From positions 1 to 27,278 of the IMG/VR virus record IMGVR_UViG_3300019784_003551: a stretch of 27,278 bases of DNA; one strand, 5' to 3'. The notes beneath the pieces are model-generated. The model saw only the letters and a list, made by a program, of their open reading frames with translations. It had not been told where the DNA came from and ran no database searches. The stretch comes from a virus (lineage: Duplodnaviria; Caudoviricetes). The first letter of the stretch is position 1, and each line of letters opens with the position of its first letter. This document shows positions 5,695 to 14,173 of the stretch, piece by piece. The position numbers and the translations under genes are program-made.

Positions 5695-6454
5695 GCATTA
5701 TTTTAGCAATCGCTAACGGTTTCTCCAATTTACCTACGCAAAGCGGGGCGAAGATTGTTTTAATGGATGGGGGTTTTGTCCCCGCCGATGGTATATCCCC
5801 GCCACCGGGCGAAGATTTTGATTGCATCGTCCCCGCCAGTCCGTATTCTCCCGCCAGATCGCAAGCCGATGTCGAGCAAGCGAGCAAAGCACTGACGCCT
5901 TGGGTAACTGAGGCTAACCGCAGTTGAAGCCCACACCGTCTCGACATCGGTGTGGGTTTCGTTGTTTTCGGGCTTCTAACCTTCCCGCACTCACGCAAAC
6001 CAACGGCGGTTTCGTGAACCTTGGTGGCGTAATTGCCAAGGCGTGCAAAGCTGGTATCCGCAGCCCTGAAACATGGTGAAGGCGGCAATTCAGCAACAGG
6101 CTCTTCGTGCGCAAGCTCCGAAGATGGAAAGGTCAACCGATGAGGCTGGTCTTTTAGGGTCAACCGTTGAGGTTGAGAGTGCCGTGAGTGGCTACGCAAG
6201 CCAAGGAGGGCAAAGGCGAAACCTGCTCCAGACTCACGCCCGGTGACGGGATGACGGAAACCACAGCGAGGCTTTAAGCGGGCTAGTTCCTTCATGGCAG
6301 GCTCGGAAGCGGGCTTGCTATGCCGTGGTTCCAAGCTCCGCATTATCAGGCTAAGTCCTTCCCGCCACTCCCCATCATAAAGGCCAAGACTCCCCGCCAA
6401 GAGCAGGACACCCCGCCGATCCGGGTAGCAAGTGACGAAGAAGGGCGGTTTCAT
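5687..6454 (-). CDS. Doubtful 255-aa ORF
   Basis: ATGA-coupled start, but no recognisable motif; it spans hairpins, repeats and the downstream promoter. Confidence 0.25.
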   Translation of the reverse strand: MKPPFFVTCYPDRRGVLLLAGSLGLYDGEWREGLSLIMRSLEPRHSKPASEPAMKELARLKPRCGFRHPVTGRESGAGFAFALLGLRSHSRHSQPQRLTLKDQPHRLTFPSSELAHEEPVAELPPSPCFRAADTSFARLGNYATKVHETAVGLRECGKVRSPKTTKPTPMSRRCGLQLRLASVTQGVSALLACSTSACDLAGEYGLAGTMQSKSSPGGGDIPSAGTKPPSIKTIFAPLCVGKLEKPLAIAKIMLA

Positions 6455-6636
6455 CGCTTTCCCCGCCCCGCCAAGGCTGCTTTCGCTTCATCCCGGCACA
6501 GTCGAGCGGCGAAAAGGAAAGCATCGCGCTTGCCCTCGAAATACTCCGTGAGCTTGTCATCGCCAACTTTCCGCCAACGGCATCGGGCTTCGTGTGCAAA
6601 CCATGCGAGGGCGATGAAGGTGGATGCGAGGTTCAT
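6451..6636 (-). CDS. Hypothetical protein
   Basis: MNLASTFIALAWF..., ATGA-coupled. Confidence 0.6.
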   Translation of the reverse strand: MNLASTFIALAWFAHEARCRWRKVGDDKLTEYFEGKRDAFLFAARLCRDEAKAALAGRGKR

Positions 6637-6860
6637 GGCTTCGCTCCTTCCCCGCCAAGAAATCGGATGATTGTGGCAAAGTCCCAAAGTGTTTGACTGC
6701 TGCTGATTTCGATCCCGCAAAAGGCGGTTTCTCCAACTTGTGTGATGCGCGTCTCGGAAAGAGTCGCCTTGTATGTTTTCCCCTTGCGTGTTTTTACAAG
6801 CACCCGGCGCTTGTCCTCGCCAAGGGTGATTCCGCTCAATGGTAGTGTCTGTGTTTTCAT
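6633..6860 (-). CDS. Hypothetical protein
   Basis: 75 aa, A/C-rich leader. Confidence 0.65.
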   Translation of the reverse strand: MKTQTLPLSGITLGEDKRRVLVKTRKGKTYKATLSETRITQVGETAFCGIEISSSQTLWDFATIIRFLGGEGAKP

Positions 6861-6899
6861 TGTATTAGTTTGGTGTTTATTTGTTGTTTTCTGTGTAAA

Positions 6900-7097
6900 T
6901 TATTGCTCCCCGCCGACGATGGTAAGTGCTCCCCGCCGCTGGTGGTAAAGCCTAAGCACGCGGTCTTTGCTCGCATCCGCGCAAGGCCTGCAATGGTTTT
7001 TAGTCGCCAGCGGACGCTTGCCACACTGGCAACAGAGCTCGCGCGCCTTTCGAGCGGCTTGCCAAAGGGCTTGCCGGGATTTGAGCTTGCGGTTCAT
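6900..7097 (-). CDS. Small zinc-finger protein
   Basis: LCCQCGKRP...HCRPC; ATGA-coupled. Confidence 0.7.
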   Translation of the reverse strand: MNRKLKSRQALWQAARKARELCCQCGKRPLATKNHCRPCADASKDRVLRLYHQRRGALTIVGGEQ

Positions 7098-7393
7098 GCG
7101 AGCACCTCCGCGTAATTCTCGGCTGGCATTTTGATCGCACCGATGGAAAGACACGCGCAAAAGTCGCCAGTGCTCATGTATTCGCGGGACGTGTAGAAGG
7201 GCGCGAATCCAACGCGCTCGGCAATCCACTCATGCCGCGCCCTATTGTCCGCGCTGTGCTCGCCAGTGAAGGCGAATGGGGCCGCAATGCTGATTTTGAT
7301 ATACTGCCGCATTGATCCGGCTCCGATCCGGCATCGTTTCAGCTTCACGCCTAGCATATGCTCAAGTGTTGCCTTGTAGTGGATCGCGTTCAT
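7094..7393 (-). CDS. Hypothetical protein
   Basis: 99 aa, coupled at both ends. Confidence 0.65.
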   Translation of the reverse strand: MNAIHYKATLEHMLGVKLKRCRIGAGSMRQYIKISIAAPFAFTGEHSADNRARHEWIAERVGFAPFYTSREYMSTGDFCACLSIGAIKMPAENYAEVLA

Positions 7394-7746
7394 GCTGTTG
7401 CTCCTTTCTTCTCGAAAATGTCTGCTAGTTCCGCCTCGTATTGCGCTGCATCGTCAAAAGTCTCGATGTATCGGGCAAAGGTCGGGTAATGGGGTGCGCT
7501 TGCCGTTTGGCGATGCCAGTGAATAGACTTCTCGCGGGCTGTGCATGAGACTTCGCGGAAGCTAGGGATTCGCCCCGCATAGTTTTTCTGCTTTTCAACT
7601 GTCGCCCATGCAACCTCGTCGCCGGGTTGCCCCGCCCCGCAAAAGCTGAAAACGGTTTCCGCTCCTGCGATGCAACCTCCGCAACTTGTTCCGGCGATTC
7701 CCCATAGCTTGCGCTTGATCCGCCTTGTGAGGATATAGGTGATCAT
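7390..7746 (-). CDS. Hypothetical protein
   Basis: 118 aa, coupled at both ends. Confidence 0.65.
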   Translation of the reverse strand: MITYILTRRIKRKLWGIAGTSCGGCIAGAETVFSFCGAGQPGDEVAWATVEKQKNYAGRIPSFREVSCTAREKSIHWHRQTASAPHYPTFARYIETFDDAAQYEAELADIFEKKGATA

Positions 7747-8261
7747 TTGGTCGCTCCTTTCAAGGCTGCGCGGGCTGCGATGACTAGCGGGTGATGCTCG
7801 CTAGTCGTGATCTGTGGCGCGTTAATGAGTGCCCGCAATGCGGTTTCCACTCCCCGCAACGCCTTGATCTCTGCTGCCGGGTCAATCATCCCGGCGCAAG
7901 CGTTCACGGCTGCGACTATGCGTTCGGCGTTGTCGTGCATCGTGTGTTCATTCCATGCCATAACGGCAACAGGAACGCCCGCTTTCGTCTGTATCTCCAT
8001 AGAGAGATCGGGTCGTGTGTCTGTTTTCCACGGCTCCGGCGTGTGACCGGGTGAAGCTGGCGCGGTGTCCCCGCCAGTGGCGCGATCTGTTGTGCTATCT
8101 CCGGCGATCTGCTGGTAGGATTTCGGCGCGGGTTCTTCGATGATCTTGCCGTCCAGCCCTAGCTGCCGCGCTTCCCAGCTGTCCGCTTTGGCTGCTGCGT
8201 GTGTCGTGGCTGTGCTGAATGGGGGCATTCCTGGTTTGCTGGTTATCGTGTATTTTTTCAT
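7743..8261 (-). CDS. Hypothetical phage early protein (HTPxPW...NAxRIVAAVN motif)
   Basis: GHTPEPWK...NAERIVAAVNACAG motif common in phage early genes; start at MKKYTI after an A/C-rich leader. Confidence 0.7.
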   Translation of the reverse strand: MKKYTITSKPGMPPFSTATTHAAAKADSWEARQLGLDGKIIEEPAPKSYQQIAGDSTTDRATGGDTAPASPGHTPEPWKTDTRPDLSMEIQTKAGVPVAVMAWNEHTMHDNAERIVAAVNACAGMIDPAAEIKALRGVETALRALINAPQITTSEHHPLVIAARAALKGATK

Positions 8262-8290
8262 TGTTGTGTTGTTGTGGTGTTGTTGTTGGT

Positions 8291-8491
8291 TTAGTGCTGG
8301 GGTGAAAGGGTTTTGTGATAGGGGTTCGGCTTGATTGCGTTCGGCCGTGCTGGAAGCTGCCAAGTGCCGCAAATTACGCGCACGTAACTGCCGCAAAAGT
8401 CCGACATCTTCCAAAGCACTCCCCGCCCATCGCGGAAGTGCGTTGCTCCTGGTGCAAAGGTCGTGCGGGTGCTTGTTGTCATCGGGTGCAT
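8291..8491 (-). CDS. Hypothetical protein
   Basis: 66 aa filling the gap in a co-directional gene run. Confidence 0.5.
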   Translation of the reverse strand: MHPMTTSTRTTFAPGATHFRDGRGVLWKMSDFCGSYVRVICGTWQLPARPNAIKPNPYHKTLSPQH

Positions 8492-8498
8492 GGTAGTT

Positions 8499-8918
8499 TT
8501 AGGCCAAGATTAACTCCCGCACCTTTACGGAGACGGAAAACAAATGGTGGTTGAGTCCGTGGTAATCTAGCTGCCGCTCTACTTTTTTGCGGGCGGTTTC
8601 TCCGTCTTTCGCTGTGACAATAAAAGAAAAGGATCGCCCGGTGGGAGATAACACGCTGCCGCGCTCGTCAATCTTCTGCGCGTATTCGTTCGCCTCGATA
8701 ATAAAGAAGAAATCGGTTTTCGGGTATTCGTTCGGCGGGCGCGTGTCTTTTGAATCAACGCGCATTTGCCACAAGTCGAACTCGGTCTCTAGGACTGCCG
8801 GAAGTGCTGCGATCAGTGTCGCGAATCGTTCCCGGTCACGGGTTGCCCAGTGGGTTGATCGTATGCCGTCGTAATTTATCGGCGGGGGTGCTGTTGGTGC
8901 TGGTGTTGTCGTGTGCAT
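8499..8918 (-). CDS. Hypothetical protein
   Basis: 139 aa, A/C-rich leader. Confidence 0.7.
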   Translation of the reverse strand: MHTTTPAPTAPPPINYDGIRSTHWATRDRERFATLIAALPAVLETEFDLWQMRVDSKDTRPPNEYPKTDFFFIIEANEYAQKIDERGSVLSPTGRSFSFIVTAKDGETARKKVERQLDYHGLNHHLFSVSVKVRELILA

Positions 8919-8966
8919 GGTCTTGATGTGGTGGTTTGTGTTGTTTCGGTTGCCGGGTTAATCCCC

Positions 8967-9019
8967 GCCCCGCTTCCGCCCTCCGCCCCGGTGACGGGGA
9001 AAAGGGCGGTGTGCGGGGC
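8967..9019. other. Long interrupted GC-rich hairpin (terminator or processing site)
   Basis: GCCCCGC/GCGGGGC, CCGCCCT/AGGGCGG and CCCCG-GTGA-CGGGG nested stems directly after the 9019..9600 stop. Confidence 0.5.
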
Positions 9020-9600
9020 TAGCGTTTGTGTTTGTCGGTGTGCGCGGCTTTGTCGTGCGGGTCTGCAATTCCGCGCAAGGTGTATTGCTCCGGGTGCATC
9101 GGCGTTCCGTATGCGGTGATCTCGTCCAGTTCTGCGCGTGCTGCTGCTAAAGCGTCAATCGCTGCTGTGTATTTGTTCAGAGCGGCGGCGGCTTTCTTTA
9201 GCATCTCCGGATCGTTCAATGCCTGCTGGCGTGCTGCGTTGCGCTCCCGGCGTGCGGAAAAGTAAGCGGGGTTTTCTTCGTGTCCGCTCTTTATCCCAGC
9301 GACATATTCAAGATCAAGCGGCACGCTCGCCTCGGTGCGGGTCAAGATTAAGTCTAAGCTGGTTTTGTCGGCATAGCCTTGGGGCGTGCAATAGGTGGAC
9401 GTCTGGAGGCAAGTCCAGCCGTAATGTCGGACAAGTCGCCATGTCGCTCCGTTGGGGAGCGGCGGCAATGCGTCTAAAATGCGCGTGGTGATGTTTTTGC
9501 CGTCATAGGGGCGCAATGCTTCGATTACGCGATCCGGCAAGTCGCTTTCAAGGTTTGCGGTGATGATGGCGGCAATGGTTTTTGCGGTGTGTTTTTTCAT
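9019..9600 (-). CDS. Hypothetical protein
   Basis: 193 aa, protein-like composition, A/C-rich leader. Confidence 0.75.
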   Translation of the reverse strand: MKKHTAKTIAAIITANLESDLPDRVIEALRPYDGKNITTRILDALPPLPNGATWRLVRHYGWTCLQTSTYCTPQGYADKTSLDLILTRTEASVPLDLEYVAGIKSGHEENPAYFSARRERNAARQQALNDPEMLKKAAAALNKYTAAIDALAAARAELDEITAYGTPMHPEQYTLRGIADPHDKAAHTDKHKR

Positions 9601-9627
9601 TTGGTGCGGTGTTGTTGGTTTGTTGGA

Positions 9628-10152
9628 TTAAACTTGCTCTACGCTGACAACAGGCGCGGTTTTCGTTTCGTCTGATCTGGTGAAAACCTGCCCGATAAAG
9701 TAAGCGTAGGCGTCTGCCAGTGTTATGCCGTGCGCCATGCTGGTTACATAGTGATATCCGTCTGCATAGGTCACGCGAAAGGCGGGAAGCTCGGCCTTTC
9801 GCTCTTTGATCTGTTGTGCTGCTTCTTTTAAAATACAGACTCCGGTGCTTGCGCTGTTGTTTTCGCCTGCTTCTTTCAAAAGTGCCTCCACGATTGCGCC
9901 GGGATAAATGCGCATTCTGTTGCCTATTCTGCGGATCCATATTGCATCCCATTTGGCAAGGGGGATGTCATTAAAGTGCGGATCGTTGCTGCTCTGGATC
10001 GCTTTTAATCCGATCCGGCTTTCGACAAGCTCAAGCGTTGCAGGGGTCACAAATTGCGCATAGAAGGCGCGGTGTGCGTCTTTGCTTTCCGCTGTGCCGT
10101 ATTTGGGCAAGCTGTTCATGTATTGGGTGCGGGTGATGGTGATCTTGTTCAT
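9628..10152 (-). CDS. Hypothetical two-domain phage early protein
   Basis: 174 aa; HRAFYAQFVTP...HFNDIPLAKWD N-domain and FRVTYADG...VTSM...AYAYFIGQVF C-domain. Confidence 0.75.
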   Translation of the reverse strand: MNKITITRTQYMNSLPKYGTAESKDAHRAFYAQFVTPATLELVESRIGLKAIQSSNDPHFNDIPLAKWDAIWIRRIGNRMRIYPGAIVEALLKEAGENNSASTGVCILKEAAQQIKERKAELPAFRVTYADGYHYVTSMAHGITLADAYAYFIGQVFTRSDETKTAPVVSVEQV

Positions 10153-10194
10153 GGTTTTCGTGGTGTTGGTTTTGTTGTTGTTGCGCTCTAGGGG

Positions 10195-10326
10195 CTACAG
10201 GGTCGCCGCAATGATAGCGGCAATGCTCAAAAGGGTGATGCCGATGATCGCCCGGTGGATCGCCTGTGCGCGGCGATATCTGGCGAGGTTGTGACGGATG
10301 CGGGGTGTGGTGGTGATGGGTTTCAT
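10195..10326 (-). CDS. Small membrane protein
   Basis: Basic N-terminus plus AIIGITLLSIAAIIAATL; ATGA-coupled. Confidence 0.6.
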   Translation of the reverse strand: MKPITTTPRIRHNLARYRRAQAIHRAIIGITLLSIAAIIAATL

Positions 10327-10658
10327 GCTTCTGATCCTTCCTCGGTTGCGTTCCATCCTGTTTGCCATTCGGCCGGGGCCGAGCAACATTGTTCGGCGGC
10401 ATCTTGTCCCAGATAGGACTGACCGCATTCGCGGCATTCCCAAGCCTCGTGTTCGGGGTGGTGTCGTCCGGTGCTTGCGCTGTAAACGTCTGAGACGATT
10501 GAGACCGGGTCGTTGGTGCTGCCCATACGCTCGGCACGCTTGGCAAGGGTCAATGCGGACGCACCTCCGTGGATGGTGTTTGCGCGTGCTACTGCCGCGA
10601 AGTGTGCGCGGGTTCGCTCGTTGTGGTCGGTCAATGTGCTGTAATGTGCTGCTTTCAT
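10323..10658 (-). CDS. Hypothetical protein with CxxC...CC zinc-binding motif
   Basis: WECRECGQSYLGQDAAEQCC. Confidence 0.7.
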   Translation of the reverse strand: MKAAHYSTLTDHNERTRAHFAAVARANTIHGGASALTLAKRAERMGSTNDPVSIVSDVYSASTGRHHPEHEAWECRECGQSYLGQDAAEQCCSAPAEWQTGWNATEEGSEA

Positions 10659-10680
10659 TGTGGTGATGTGGTGCGGTGGT

Positions 10681-11055
10681 TTAGTTGCTCAAAATTGCGC
10701 GAGCGGTGGCGCGGAGTGATTCCGTGTCGCGGTTTAGCTTGCGACGTTGTTCCTCGGTTGCTGCTGTTGCTGCTGCTGTGATTTGCTTAGCCTCGCGCAT
10801 CGCCTGGGCTTTGATCTGCTCGGCGTCGGCTTTCGCGCTTTCGCGGATTTGCTTCGCGTGCTTCGCTGCATGGGCCGGAAGTGCATCGGGGAAAATGTCA
10901 CTTGTGATCGCCTGGATGATTGAGGGGATCGCGTAGTTCAGCCATTCGGCAAGATAGCTGTTCTCTGGCAGGGATTTGGAGAATGCGACTAGTGCGGCGA
11001 TCTCCTGGCTTTTGGTGGGTTCGGTTGGTGCGGTTGTTTTGGATAGTGTAATCAT
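10681..11055 (-). CDS. Hypothetical protein with Ala-rich coiled coil
   Basis: AKQIRESAKADAEQIKAQAMREAKQI repeats. Confidence 0.7.
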   Translation of the reverse strand: MITLSKTTAPTEPTKSQEIAALVAFSKSLPENSYLAEWLNYAIPSIIQAITSDIFPDALPAHAAKHAKQIRESAKADAEQIKAQAMREAKQITAAATAATEEQRRKLNRDTESLRATARAILSN

Positions 11056-11075
11056 TGTGGTGTTTGGTTGTTGGT

Positions 11076-11393
11076 TTAGTGTTTGCGGGCGCGGCTTCCG
11101 TCTGGAACTTCGCGGTAAATTGGATCGCGCTTGTAGTTGATCTGGCTTAGGCGAAATTCGTCGCGCTCCCTATCCTCTGCGCTTGTCAGGCAATTATATT
11201 CCGCGAGGCTGTAAGCGTCATCGTCTGCGATTTGCTCTAATGTGCGGGTGTCGGGGCGTGCGTAGATCGCTGCAATGTCGGCAAGCGTATTGTTCCAATT
11301 ATAGGCGGACTTCATCGCGTCCGCGATGATGTCGGCTAGTTGGGTGGAATGTTTCATGAGTGGTTTTTGTTGGTGTAGGTTGAATGTGCGCAT
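11076..11393 (-). CDS. Hypothetical protein (start may be 11357)
   Basis: 105 aa ORF in the early gene run. Confidence 0.65.
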   Translation of the reverse strand: MRTFNLHQQKPLMKHSTQLADIIADAMKSAYNWNNTLADIAAIYARPDTRTLEQIADDDAYSLAEYNCLTSAEDRERDEFRLSQINYKRDPIYREVPDGSRARKH

Positions 11394-11663
11394 TTAGTCT
11401 TGGATGCTGGCGTTTTGGCATTCTTCGCACCATTGCCCGCCACCGTTCAGATCGCGGAGCGGAAACTCCTGCTTGCAGTCGCGGCACTTGCATTTGATTT
11501 CGGATAGCCATGCGTCGGGGCCAACGCATAGCCCGGCGATGTCTGCTGGGATGATGTTGCCGTTTGCCAGCCGCACTGCGCGGTTGCCGTTGCTGTCTTT
11601 AACGATTTTATATGCGGGCTGCATCGCGTCCGCTGCGTTGGTGGTGGTGGTGGTCTTAGGCAT
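11394..11663 (-). CDS. Zinc-ribbon protein, first gene of leftward operon
   Basis: CRDC...CEEC; ATG 6 nt after the -10 box. Confidence 0.7.
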   Translation of the reverse strand: MPKTTTTTNAADAMQPAYKIVKDSNGNRAVRLANGNIIPADIAGLCVGPDAWLSEIKCKCRDCKQEFPLRDLNGGGQWCEECQNASIQD

Positions 11664-11669
11664 GGACGG

Positions 11670-11698
11670 AGTAAAAGCTATTTCCGCCTTCGTGTCAA
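11670..11698 (-). promoter_or_regulatory. Sigma70-like early promoter, probably leaderless
   Basis: TTGACA-N17-TTTACT-N6-ATG with T-rich upstream segment. Confidence 0.6.
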
Positions 11699-12842
11699 AA
11701 GAAATGTTTTCAAGTGGTAACGGAAAAGCCTGTTTCACCTACGCAAAGGAGCACGAAAATAAATTGAACCGGGGCGAAAAACAGAGCGGGAAAAGGGCTG
11801 GAATTGCAGGCTCGCAATGGGGCGCGTGTTGCCATACCTTGCCAGCATGAGACACACGCGAACAACCAGCGCAGGCACCAGATGCTAAGCACAAGCTGAT
11901 TATCAGCAGCGACAAGAATCTAGCTCACAGCGATGTTCTATGCACGCAAATGTTCCACGGATTGAGAGGGATTGAAGCAAGTGCTGGATTTTTAGCACTT
12001 GGCGCGTCGCCAGATGATCGCGCTCCGAACATCGCAAGCACCTGAACTCCACGGGCTTCCCGCTCGTCCCGCTCCCACCTCTGTTCCTGTTCCTATTTCG
12101 GATGAGTTATATTGTCGGATGTTGTGAAGCAATGGCCTGAGACATAGCCACTTGCGCGGCTCGCGCTAGGTTGCTCGTATGCTCGCACCCAGATCCGGCC
12201 TGCTCGCGTGTCTGCTACTACTCTGGTCTGGTCGTGCTCTGCTGCTGCCATGCCTGCTGCACGCACGTAGCAGGCCAGTGCTCGCGTCCTGTGCTCAATC
12301 AGGCACCGGGAGGCAAACAATCCCTTTGCCGGGGCAGGAGGGCGACCCCACCCCGGCGGAGGGGGCGGACTAGCGGATGCGTAGTTACGTAGGAACCCAC
12401 GTATAGATTTTACCTCAAAAACGGAAAAAGCTGATTTTGCTTGTGAACCTATTGCTATCCTTGGATCAGCCTTGTTCCTGCGATATGGCTGTGTTCCTTG
12501 TTCTGAGTCTGCTGTGGATACGATGTATCACGTAGGAACAATGATTACTTGGACACAAAGCTGTCTGGTATTGGCTGTGACTGCTTCACTCCGCTAAGCG
12601 TTCGCAAGCTCACTAAAGATGGTTGAAGCTGGCTTGCGTTTTAAATGAGCACGCGAGGTGTGAGAGAAAAAGTTTTTGTGTCAAGATTATTCTTCTCCAA
12701 CAGGGGAAAATACTTTTGAAGTGCTGCTTTTTTAGCAGGTTATTTTCACTGGTATGGCAACCATGCCATACTGTTTTATGGGCAAAAAGAAACGCCAGCC
12801 ACGAGGATGAAAATCCACAAAGACCCCATGACTGGCGAAAGT

Positions 12843-12917
12843 TGGTTGCGGGTGCGGGAATTGAACCCGCTGCTTTCAGGTTATGGGCCTGAATTTCTAC
12901 CGATGAATTAACCCGCG
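12843..12917 (-). tRNA. tRNA-Met(CAT), initiator type
   Basis: CGCGGGT-TA-ATTC-ATCGGTA-GAAA-T-TCAGG-CCCATAA-CCTGA-AAGCA-GCGGG-TTCAATT-CCCGC-ACCCGCA-A-CCA; C1:A72 mismatch, A73, encoded CCA. Confidence 0.9.
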
Positions 12918-13010
12918 ATTAGAACTGTCTGTGCAATACGCCAAGACGCGGAAACGTGTCAAACAATTTCGTGGTTGACAACTCAACGTGTATTGATAAT
13001 AAACGTGTTC

Positions 13011-13163
13011 ATGGAACTTCCCATAGACATAGTAACGGCGAACCTGACGGATGCGGAGCTTGATGCTCTTGCGGACGAGGTTCTTTTGCGTGAGCAAGAG
13101 GACAAGTTTCTGGCGTGCCTTGAAGCTGCCTTGGTGCATACCGTGAACACGTATTCGATTTGA
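13011..13163 (+). CDS. Small acidic hypothetical protein
   Basis: MELPIDIVTANLTDAELDALADE..., TGATG-coupled to the next gene. Confidence 0.55.
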   Translation: MELPIDIVTANLTDAELDALADEVLLREQEDKFLACLEAALVHTVNTYSI

Positions 13164-14014
13164 TGGCTACGCTTGCACAAACGCAAAGCCGGGATTGCGT
13201 TGGATTGACGAAGTATGGGGAGAAGCAGTGCGGGGCGATGGTGCGACACGTCAAGCAGCGCGGGCTGCTCAATAGCGATTGTCCTGAGTGCGCTGGCGAT
13301 GGCATTGTGATAGCGGGTGGTGGCAAGTATCTGTCTTGGGCTTGGGTGCTGTGCAAGAGGCTACGGGATTTGGGGTGTCAGTTGCCCGTTCAGGTGTGGT
13401 ATTTAGGGCAAGTGGAGATGCCGGATTCGGCCAAGCCCCGGTTCACTGCGCTGGGCGTGGAGTTGGTGGACGCGCATCTGGTGATGAAACAGCATCCAGT
13501 GCGGCAGATGAGTGGATGGCTGTTAAAGAACTATGCGATAGTTCATTGCCCGTGGCAGAGGGTGCTGTTTTTGGATGCGGATTGCTTTCCCGTGAGCGAC
13601 CCGACACCGTTGCTTGGCGTAGGAAACCTGTTTTTCCATGATGTAAAGCCGTGTCACCCGTCACGTTGGGGATACACATACTGCGGTCTTTTGCCGGGGA
13701 TCGAATGGGAGACGGGCCAATTCGTGGTGGACAAGAAAACGGCTTGGATGGGGCTTAGGTGGACGGGCTGGATGAACGAGAGCGCGGATACGTGGTTCCG
13801 GCTTTTTATGGGGGACAAAGGGACGTTCGAGGCTGGTTTCAGGGTAGCGGAAGTGCCGCTAGTGATGGGGGATTTGCCAACTTGGGGCGGTTACGGTATT
13901 GCACATTCGTATCAGGGGATGCCGGTGTTCGAGCACGCTATGGCGATCAAGAGAGGCGAGCATCCGATGTTTCCGTGGATGACGGAGCTTTTTTGGGAGT
14001 GGGAGAAGGGGTAG
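13163..14014 (+). CDS. GT-A glycosyltransferase, alpha-mannosyltransferase (GT71/MNN2)-like
   Basis: GIVIAGGG, LRDLGCQLPVQVW, KNYAI...VLFLDADCFPVSDP, ETGQFVVDK, GDKGTF motifs in the GT71 order. Confidence 0.8.
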   Translation: MATLAQTQSRDCVGLTKYGEKQCGAMVRHVKQRGLLNSDCPECAGDGIVIAGGGKYLSWAWVLCKRLRDLGCQLPVQVWYLGQVEMPDSAKPRFTALGVELVDAHLVMKQHPVRQMSGWLLKNYAIVHCPWQRVLFLDADCFPVSDPTPLLGVGNLFFHDVKPCHPSRWGYTYCGLLPGIEWETGQFVVDKKTAWMGLRWTGWMNESADTWFRLFMGDKGTFEAGFRVAEVPLVMGDLPTWGGYGIAHSYQGMPVFEHAMAIKRGEHPMFPWMTELFWEWEKG

Positions 14015-14173
14015 AGAATTATTCTTGCCAGTCTCTAGGAGAAGTGTATTTTAGATAAATCAGCACACGCTGATTGTCCGATTAAGCCGGATGAACAAAA
14101 ACAAATGCCCATCGGTGCTGTTGCTCTTTCGAGCGCAGGCTTAACACCGATAGGGCACCTTTTGACAAAAACA

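Noticed and set aside
8262-8292. TTG/GTG microsatellite-like tract (also ~10145-10182)
   Set aside because: Imperfect, and explained as the A/C-rich translation leaders of minus-strand genes.
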